Source: an uncultured Gammaproteobacteria bacterium (GTDB lineage Bacteria; Pseudomonadota; Gammaproteobacteria; Steroidobacterales; Steroidobacteraceae). From it: a DNA stretch of 24,000 nucleotides. Both the position numbers and the translations under genes were made by a program. A model generated the notes under the pieces. The model saw only the letters and a program-made list of their open reading frames with translations, had not been told where the DNA came from and searched no databases. Below are positions 1 through 6,302 of the stretch, in pieces (position 1 is the stretch's first letter; every line of letters starts with the position of its first letter). The stretch lies in NCBI GenBank assembly GCA_963755965.1, contig CAVWLU010000004.1:395578-419577 (forward strand), in the 5' to 3' direction.

Positions 1-2
1 TC

Positions 3-548
3 GGCGCCGATAGTGCACTTGTAATCGACCTTCGGCTTTCCGTCCGCACGCTTTACGACGGCGACAAGGAAAAGAACGCGGTAAAAAAGAAGTCCGTGGC
101 GGAGCTTCTGCTCGCGGCATCAATGGGCATTGAGGCGGCGTCGCTACGGTCTAAGTACAAGCGCATCCTGACCAATGCTTGCGCGGCTGAGGTACCCCCT
201 GACCGAGAAAGTTTCAAAGTATGGCTTCGGGGCACCGGTGGCATTGTCGACGCCTTGAAGGTGACTGCCGGCGCGTTGAAGCCCAACGACACTAGCGTGC
301 TCAAGAAGCCAAGGGCTGTCGAATCAATTATGAGTGATTTGATCGGTCAGTACGCGCAGATGCCGAAGGAACAGCGCACGTTCGCCGGCAACCATAAGGG
401 TTTCACGGTGGTGCTTTACTATACGAAGCCCGGTACTACCGAGGCCGCGAAGATCGCTGAGCTCGCTGATCCGTCGGTTGTCGAGCGAGCCATCAGCGAC
501 GTCTCCAAAACCGCTGCTGCGCTGACGTCGATCGATATGGCCGCTTAG
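3..548 (+). CDS. Hypothetical protein, 5'-truncated by the window edge
   Basis: The reading frame is open from position 3 to TAG at 546-548. The track ORF only begins at an internal GTG at 96. No family motif recognised. Confidence 0.45.
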   Translation, partial: GADSALVIDLRLSVRTLYDGDKEKNAVKKKSVAELLLAASMGIEAASLRSKYKRILTNACAAEVPPDRESFKVWLRGTGGIVDALKVTAGALKPNDTSVLKKPRAVESIMSDLIGQYAQMPKEQRTFAGNHKGFTVVLYYTKPGTTEAAKIAELADPSVVERAISDVSKTAAALTSIDMAA

Positions 549-566
549 TACAAGAGCACAGAAGAA

Positions 567-594
567 CCCCGATGCCTCGCATCGGGGTCTTCCC
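567..594 (+). terminator. Stem-loop after the first ORF (possible intrinsic terminator)
   Basis: Perfect 9-bp stem CCCCGATGC (567-575) / GCATCGGGG (579-587) with loop CTC, followed by the T/C-rich tail TCTTCCC. The T-run is weak, so the terminator call is tentative. Confidence 0.4.
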
Positions 595-1357
595 AGAGGA
601 CATTGTGAAACTTTCAAAGCAAACGATCGCGATACTTCAATGGTGCTCGGCTATTCAGGAGGACCTTCTGCTTGAGTCCGGAAACCGCATACGCACAATC
701 TCAAGCAACAAAGCCATCCTTTTTGACTCAACGGTGGCGGAGACATTTCCCAAGAGAATCGCATTGCGTCGCATCAGTCGTGCTCTGTCTTATATCGATG
801 AGAGCACAGAGATATCGTTTGAGAATCCGACGCACTTAGAGCTCCAAAACGGTCGCACGCTTACCAGGGTTTCCTTGGTAGACGAAAAGCTAGTTTTTTC
901 ACCGCCATCCAAAAACATTCGCATTACGGACTTTGATGAATCGATATTCCTTCATTCTGACGATGTTTATGAGATACGTCGCCTCAAAGGCGAGGATACC
1001 GTAGTCGAATTTCACTCTTCCGGAAATGGCGAACAAATCCTAATGGATTACTTCGACAAGGAAGAGGGGGCGCCAATTCACACTATGAAAATGGTGAAAC
1101 CGCAAAACGGTAGGCGGGAGTTCCGGGCCCGCCTCAAGGTATCGAACCTGAAGCTTTGGGAAGGATCGTACCAGCTCGATATAGCTTCAGCTGGTGTAGC
1201 GCGGTTCTCTTGGCTCAACGGCAACGTAGTTCTTTGGGTTGCTATTGAAGCAGCACATTCCCACTTCAGCGCTGTCACGCCAACTGTCACCACAGCGGCA
1301 TCGGTCGCGGTAGTCACTAGCTCTACTGCAACAGCCGCCTCGACCAGTCGTTCGTGA
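572..1357 (+). CDS. Hypothetical protein (261 aa as drawn, start uncertain)
   Basis: Long ORF with ordinary-looking amino-acid composition. The ATG at 572 lies inside the upstream hairpin, so the true start may be downstream (for example GTG at 605). The Ser/Thr/Ala/Val-rich C-terminal tail has low complexity. No family recognised. Confidence 0.5.
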   Translation: MPRIGVFPEDIVKLSKQTIAILQWCSAIQEDLLLESGNRIRTISSNKAILFDSTVAETFPKRIALRRISRALSYIDESTEISFENPTHLELQNGRTLTRVSLVDEKLVFSPPSKNIRITDFDESIFLHSDDVYEIRRLKGEDTVVEFHSSGNGEQILMDYFDKEEGAPIHTMKMVKPQNGRREFRARLKVSNLKLWEGSYQLDIASAGVARFSWLNGNVVLWVAIEAAHSHFSAVTPTVTTAASVAVVTSSTATAASTSRS

Positions 1358-1624
1358 CCTCGAAACTGTCGAGTTTAACGACAGTATAAATAAGACCCGT
1401 ATAGCAAGAACGCTGACCGAAAGGCGCTCCTGGCTTGGCGAGGTTGCCTGCCTCGCTCTGCATAAAGATCCGGTCGCCGTCCACCAGCGGTCGCCGGATC
1501 TTTCGCCGTCGGGCTTTCGCGCTGATTCGAGGTTCGAATCACTGGCGCCCAAGCATCGAAGAACACCAATCGCTTTGGACCTAATGCGGAGGTCCTAGTT
1601 GAAACTTTCAAAGGAATCCCACCA

Positions 1625-2290
1625 ATGCAATCACCAGCAATGCCATCACCCGTCCGACACACTATCGAGGAATCGATCCACTTTCGGCCAGATGAAAGAA
1701 CCAGACTTCTCACGCGCACAGGATGGGATGCCTTCATAGCCAATGTTCCACTTCCCGCCCTATGGGTCACCGCCCACGTCGACCTGTCGCCTTCCCGACC
1801 AAGTAACGAGGCTCTTGAGCAATTAAAGATGGATCTCGCCGGCTCCCGATCTAAAGATTCAATAGCCGATTCATATCGGTCATTCTTACAGAAGCTAATT
1901 ACAAAGCTCAATCGTAAGATATTGAAATCAAGGGTTTCCACGAGAACCTTTCGATTCCTTGGATCCTCGGAAAGGAGTCCGTGTGGCCTTAATAGCAAGG
2001 AACTTCATTATCACTTTTTCCTGTGGGATCCGGCCAATCTATTTGTTCACGACCCTATGGCACTGGATCGGACAGCGAAAACCTTGAAGTCCCTTTGGCT
2101 TGAGAAAATCAATTCCAAGGAGACCGCACGGTACAAGCCAATCGATATACAGATCATTCGCGACCGCGAGGATGCCGTCCGCGTGGCGGCCTATACAAAC
2201 AAGTCAAATCCCTTTGTCACCTCCTATGAGCTGTTCGATGATTGGTCAACGTCCAGACAATGGAGCACTTCTATAGACAACTGCCATTAG
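1625..2290 (+). CDS. Putative HUH-superfamily rolling-circle replication initiator / relaxase-like protein
   Basis: Three motifs occur in canonical order and spacing: motif I-like LWVTAHV, motif II HUH LHYHFFLW, and motif III YxxK in AAYTNKS. AAGGA lies 10 nt upstream of the ATG. The overlapping antisense ORF 1375-1998 has junk-like Arg/Ser-rich composition. Confidence 0.5.
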   Translation: MQSPAMPSPVRHTIEESIHFRPDERTRLLTRTGWDAFIANVPLPALWVTAHVDLSPSRPSNEALEQLKMDLAGSRSKDSIADSYRSFLQKLITKLNRKILKSRVSTRTFRFLGSSERSPCGLNSKELHYHFFLWDPANLFVHDPMALDRTAKTLKSLWLEKINSKETARYKPIDIQIIRDREDAVRVAAYTNKSNPFVTSYELFDDWSTSRQWSTSIDNCH

Positions 2291-2410
2291 CTAAATACTC
2301 GCGTATATATCCGGTAAAACGGCTGAGGCCTGAGAACGTGTTAAAAACGCCAATTACGCCCATTGGCACGTCGGTTTGGCTTCGGAAGCATTTCACTAGG
2401 AGACTGACCA

Positions 2411-2614
2411 ATGGATGACCCATTACGATTACACAGCGTCGCCACGCCAGCGCCAATTCGGGCTCAGCAAGTCGCACCGCCAGTTCATATCACCAACCTT
2501 CACAAGCGCATTACAAGCGGTTACAACGCCGATTCATTGGAGACCCGAATCCTCCTACTCGCGCACTTGATTTTCGTTACCTACACCGATCTAAAGGAGA
2601 CCCATACGAAATGA
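2411..2614 (+). CDS. Possible small ORF (67 aa) leading the RHH/OLD operon
   Basis: AGGAG lies 9 nt upstream of ATG 2411. Its stop overlaps the next start as ATGA (2611-2614). Composition is unremarkable and no motif was found, so this may instead be leader or operator DNA. Confidence 0.3.
   Translation: MDDPLRLHSVATPAPIRAQQVAPPVHITNLHKRITSGYNADSLETRILLLAHLIFVTYTDLKETHTK
2501..2530. repeat. Three phased 10-bp direct repeats (cACAAGCGca / ttACAAGCGg / ttACAACGcc)
   Basis: Read directly at 2501-2510, 2511-2520 and 2521-2530. Helical-turn periodicity, about 80-110 bp upstream of the RHH gene start. Confidence 0.5.
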
Positions 2615-2811
2615 ACGAACAACAGGAAAACATTTACAACGCCTTCATCGGTTTCCGAGCGCCAGACGATTTCCTGGCACGCTTCCACCAGTTCAGCCAC
2701 AACGTTGGACGCAGTCGAAGCGCTGTTGCCAGATACTTAATCGCGAAATGTCTGACCAGCTATGAGACTGACAAAGTAGCAATCGCAAAAATCAGGCAGG
2801 AGATTCTATGA
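2611..2811 (+). CDS. Ribbon-helix-helix (CopG/Arc/MetJ-type) DNA-binding protein
   Basis: 66 aa. The N-terminal strand segment FIGFRAPDDF is followed by two helices, with the typical RSRSAVARYLIAKCL second helix. AAGGAG lies 11 nt upstream of the ATG. Confidence 0.7.
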   Translation: MNEQQENIYNAFIGFRAPDDFLARFHQFSHNVGRSRSAVARYLIAKCLTSYETDKVAIAKIRQEIL

Positions 2812-2990
2812 TGATCACCCCCATCAAAACCAAGCAAGACCTGATTAGAGCACTCGGTCAAAGGGAGCTCAGTTTTCTTAGTGAATATGAGGTGGTAAAT
2901 GACGCTGGCCTGAAGGTTGCGACCGACAAAGCGAAGACACTCCTAAGGCAGAACAAAAAGCTACACTTCGTGGTGCTTGAGAGGTCCTGA
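2808..2990 (+). CDS. Small hypothetical protein (60 aa) translationally coupled to the RHH gene
   Basis: ATGA start/stop overlap with the RHH gene (2808-2811). No recognisable motif. Confidence 0.45.
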   Translation: MMITPIKTKQDLIRALGQRELSFLSEYEVVNDAGLKVATDKAKTLLRQNKKLHFVVLERS

Positions 2991-3093
2991 CGGACTTAGA
3001 TGGGTACATCCCGGATATGCCCAATAGAGTCTGCGGCTGTCGTAGTGCTACCATAGGGCAGCGGTGCCGGCGCATAATTTCAGGGAGGGGCGA

Positions 3094-4935
3094 ATGCGAC
3101 TGACGCAATTCCGTGTTCAGAATTACCGAAGTGTGCGGTCAACGGACTGGATCGACGTAGCTTCGATGACAGCATTAGTTGGGCAGAATGAGGCCGGCAA
3201 AAGCAACCTCTGTGAAGCCCTGTACATCATAAACCCGATACTTCCGGCAAAGTATAACGTTGATGAGGATTGGCCGGTCGACGATTGGGGCAACAAAAGC
3301 CCAACCGTACTGGTGTGTGAGGCTCGATTTGAGATCGTCGATCCCAGTGAACAAATCGCATTCCTGAAGGCGGTCGGTCTGCTATGGACGCCACTTGCCC
3401 CGCCAGCAGTTGCGACCTCAGACCCGACCGCCAATGTGCCAGCACAACCTGCCGGAACTTACATTGCGGAGGAGCTACCCACATCGCTACTCATCCGAGT
3501 AACGAAAAACTATAGCAACACACGTGCCTACTATCTGGAAGCGAGTTCAACGAACGAGAATGAAAAGGTGTTACTGGACTTTTCGAAAGCTGACAGTTGG
3601 GCGGCATTGAACCTTCCAAAATGCGTTTATATCAACGAGTATGAGTTTCCTGGTTCTCGCGTCGAACTGAATGACCTCCATACGCGATCCCAAGGGAAAG
3701 ATTGGAGTACCCTTAGTCGGGAAGATCAGACCATCCTCGTGGTGCTCGACCTTGCGAAAATCAAACTCGACGAATTTATATCGCGTGGACAGACGCAAGA
3801 AGGCAGAACCATTCGATCCTTCGATAAACGCCAAGCGTCGGCGTACCTAACCTCTCAGTTTGCCAAGCTCTGGGGACAGAAAAAGATTCGATTTGATATT
3901 GATGTCGATGCGACAACCCTGAACGTTTTCGTGGAGGACGACGGTGTTGGAATGCCAGTTCGCCTCGACAAGAGGTCAACTGGCTTTCGATGGTACGTGG
4001 CATTCGCGTGGAAATTCACTCACGCAACCAAAGGCGCATACAAGAATACAATTTTGATCCTCGAGGAACCCGGCATTCATCTTCACTACGACGGTCACCG
4101 CGACCTACTCGGCGTTTTGGCGAGTCTTTCAGAGACCAATACTGTAATTTACACGACGCACGTGGCGACGATGCTTGATGCTGGGTACCCGGAGCGCGTC
4201 CGAATTATCGAAATCCACGACCATCACACGAGCGTGGTGCCAGGCGTAGTCACCCAGCAGCGGGTGCCAATGCTGCTCATAGAGTCGCGCCTCGGGCTTA
4301 GTCCAAGTATGGGGGGGCTGCTGGGTGCGCGTCAGACGCTGATAGTAGAGGGCGGCGATGATGCGCTTATTCTACAAAAACTGTCCGGTTTATTAGTTAG
4401 GAGTGGCAAAGAGGGACTGTCGGATCGCATCTATCTTTGGCCTGCTCTTGGAGCGGCAAAAACTCCGATGTATGCCGGATTTCTAGTTGGCAATAAGTTT
4501 GATGGCGGCGTGTTACTTGACTCGGACGAGGAAGGGAAAAAGGCGAAGGCAAAGATCAACGAACTTTATCTATCTACGCTGGCTGGTGAACAGAAGTTCA
4601 GAGTGCTGATGCTCAAGGAAGCCGCTGGCTTGGCTAAGAACGAACCGGCGATCGAGGACATTTTTCCTGACGAGTTTTACCTCGACTGTACCAATGCGGC
4701 GTATCATTTTACGATTAAGCCGGAAGACTTGCCGGTTGACGGATCCGATCAAATCACAAAACGGATCGACGCTGTATTGAAGAGTCGCTACGGACGCTCG
4801 GAACTTGATAAACGTATCGTGATGGCAGAAATGCTTAGAAGGTTTGATGGGTGGAAATCGTTGAGCGACCTACCCGGCGACACCGCGAAAAACGCCGCGA
4901 AACTCATTACAAAAATTAACAGCGTATTCGCCTGA
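3094..4935 (+). CDS. OLD-family ATP-dependent nuclease (ABC/AAA_15-type ATPase + C-terminal Toprim), stand-alone architecture
   Basis: Walker A GQNEAGKS sits in the typical N-terminal context FRVQNYRSV...ALVGQNEAGKSNLCEAL. Walker B/D-loop-like ILILEEPGIHLH, H-loop-like IYTTHVA, Toprim glutamate in LIVEGGDD and DxD in LLDSDEEG are all present. I prefer ATG 3094 (GGGAGGGG just upstream) over the track start GTG 3064. Confidence 0.85.
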   Translation: MRLTQFRVQNYRSVRSTDWIDVASMTALVGQNEAGKSNLCEALYIINPILPAKYNVDEDWPVDDWGNKSPTVLVCEARFEIVDPSEQIAFLKAVGLLWTPLAPPAVATSDPTANVPAQPAGTYIAEELPTSLLIRVTKNYSNTRAYYLEASSTNENEKVLLDFSKADSWAALNLPKCVYINEYEFPGSRVELNDLHTRSQGKDWSTLSREDQTILVVLDLAKIKLDEFISRGQTQEGRTIRSFDKRQASAYLTSQFAKLWGQKKIRFDIDVDATTLNVFVEDDGVGMPVRLDKRSTGFRWYVAFAWKFTHATKGAYKNTILILEEPGIHLHYDGHRDLLGVLASLSETNTVIYTTHVATMLDAGYPERVRIIEIHDHHTSVVPGVVTQQRVPMLLIESRLGLSPSMGGLLGARQTLIVEGGDDALILQKLSGLLVRSGKEGLSDRIYLWPALGAAKTPMYAGFLVGNKFDGGVLLDSDEEGKKAKAKINELYLSTLAGEQKFRVLMLKEAAGLAKNEPAIEDIFPDEFYLDCTNAAYHFTIKPEDLPVDGSDQITKRIDAVLKSRYGRSELDKRIVMAEMLRRFDGWKSLSDLPGDTAKNAAKLITKINSVFA

Positions 4936-5095
4936 CAGCTATACGGAAACCCTCCGCGTTTTGTGACTGAAGCGGTCGCTGAAAATCAATGGCTTAGGGC
5001 GTCAGCGACGCTTATACGGCAATGATGTCTTTCTGGTATACCCTCCCGGTTTCGCAGGTTATCGTTTTCGTGAATCGTCATTTACGGAGCACGAA

Positions 5096-5839
5096 ATGAA
5101 ACGAGTTGGAATCTACCTCCGAGTCAGCACCACCGATCAATCCACTGACAATCAACGCCTCGATCTTCAACGTGTCGTCGCGCAGCGGGGATGGCAAGTC
5201 GTCGAAACCTACGTCGATCACGGAATCAGCGGCTCAAAAGGCCGGGATAAGCGACCAGGTTTCGACAAACTCTGCAAGGATGCCACTCAGGGGAAGCTTG
5301 ATTTGGTTGCGGCTTGGTCGATCGACCGCCTCGGGCGCTCATTGCAACACGTTGTTGCTTTCTTAAATGAACTCAATGCTGAAAACGTTGATCTTTACTT
5401 ACATCAGCAATCGGTTGATAGCTCGACTCCAGGCGGAAAGGCGATGCTGTCGATGTGCGCCGTTTTTGCAGAATTTGAGCGGAACATCATCATCGAGCGC
5501 GTCACCGCAGGAATGGCTCGCGCCCGCTCTCAAGGAAAAAAATTCGGACGACCAAAAACGAGCGAGGCAAAAGCTGCAGAAGTAATTCGGCTGCGTAAGA
5601 CCGGCTTCGGAATTCTAAAGACGGCGAAGCTCGCCGGACTAGGCGTGTCTACCGTTCAACGCATTCTTGCAGTCTGCCTGAATCTCTCGACTCGCGAACG
5701 ACGCACGCCGCAGGCGCGCAATTGGACGGACGGGGCCATTGCGCTCGCCCGAACCGACATCAGCGACTACTTTTCCGCCCGTTACCCCAACGGATGCGAT
5801 CGGCTGTGCAGATCATATATCGCGCGGGTTGCTCCCTGA
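5096..5839 (+). CDS. Small serine recombinase (resolvase/invertase family)
   Basis: N-terminal catalytic motif GIYLRVSTTDQ, a conserved resolvase core (DRLGRS, FAEFERNIIIERV) and a C-terminal HTH (LKTAKLAGLGVSTVQRI). About 55 extra residues follow the HTH. Confidence 0.9.
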   Translation: MKRVGIYLRVSTTDQSTDNQRLDLQRVVAQRGWQVVETYVDHGISGSKGRDKRPGFDKLCKDATQGKLDLVAAWSIDRLGRSLQHVVAFLNELNAENVDLYLHQQSVDSSTPGGKAMLSMCAVFAEFERNIIIERVTAGMARARSQGKKFGRPKTSEAKAAEVIRLRKTGFGILKTAKLAGLGVSTVQRILAVCLNLSTRERRTPQARNWTDGAIALARTDISDYFSARYPNGCDRLCRSYIARVAP

Positions 5840-6020
5840 AGGCGGCCGGGGCAGTTCGGTAGACGCCCCCTGACCGGCCAACGCCACGGAATTACCATTT
5901 CTGAACAATTGGTTACGCCTAAAGCGTGAAAAATCAACCGCCATATGTGAAATGTATCTCCATAAACGCATTATTTGGTGCTATAAAGGCATCACATGTT
6001 GCGTATATATGGAGAATGTT

Positions 6021-6263
6021 ATGGATACAGAATCTAAAAATGTTAGAGATAAACGTAAGAAATTTGAAGATATAGCGGTACGTCGGGTTAATAGGGTGAT
6101 CAAAGAGATTCGCCTGATTGGTAACCTGTCGAATCGGTCTTCCTATGAATACAGCGACGAGGACGTTAGAAAGATAATAAAAGCGCTGCAGCGCGAAGTG
6201 GACGCTGTAAAAGCACGCTTCGAAGGGCCAGGTAAGGGCGCGGATTCGGCGTTCTCTCTATAA
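6021..6263 (+). CDS. Small basic helical protein (80 aa), first gene of the GHKL-Vsr-Dcm cassette
   Basis: GGAGA at 6011-6015 lies 5 nt before ATG 6021, so the track start at 5952 is probably too far upstream. The charged sequence looks predominantly helical. It ends 39 nt before the GHKL ATPase gene. No family recognised. Confidence 0.55.
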   Translation: MDTESKNVRDKRKKFEDIAVRRVNRVIKEIRLIGNLSNRSSYEYSDEDVRKIIKALQREVDAVKARFEGPGKGADSAFSL

Positions 6264-6302
6264 CTGTATGAAATTGAACTAGTTTCAAGAAAAGGAAGTC
6301 AA

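Noticed and set aside
572-1357. Weak resemblance of the 261-aa protein (…LTRVSLVDEKLVFSPPSKN…) to the sliding-clamp (DnaN) segment that precedes the conserved P-x-Y-x-x-V-x-P region
   Set aside because: It is a single short, low-identity resemblance judged by eye. The protein length does not fit a three-domain clamp, so this is not enough to support a call without profile or structure searches.
1375-1998. 207-aa minus-strand ORF overlapping the Rep-like gene
   Set aside because: It has Arg/Ser-rich low-information composition and no motifs. The plus-strand partner carries ordered HUH motifs and an SD, so only the plus-strand gene is kept.
2568-2600. Sigma-70-like promoter TTGATT-N17-TCTAAA just upstream of the RHH gene
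   Set aside because: The putative -10 overlaps the AAGGAG ribosome-binding site, so a transcript from it would lack the SD. This is a poor match and functionally implausible.
3064-3093. Track start (GTG 3064) for the OLD nuclease, and 9075 for dcm, 5952 for the small cassette protein, 19615 and 19920 for the bactofilins
   Set aside because: In each case an internal ATG with a clear Shine-Dalgarno sequence begins exactly at the conserved N-terminus of the family. The upstream extension looks non-coding or overlaps the neighbouring gene.
3094-4935. Calling the ATPase-Toprim protein GajA of a Gabija system
   Set aside because: No UvrD-like helicase (GajB) gene follows, and the next gene is a serine recombinase. 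I therefore label it only as OLD-family stand-alone and leave the subtype to profile searches.
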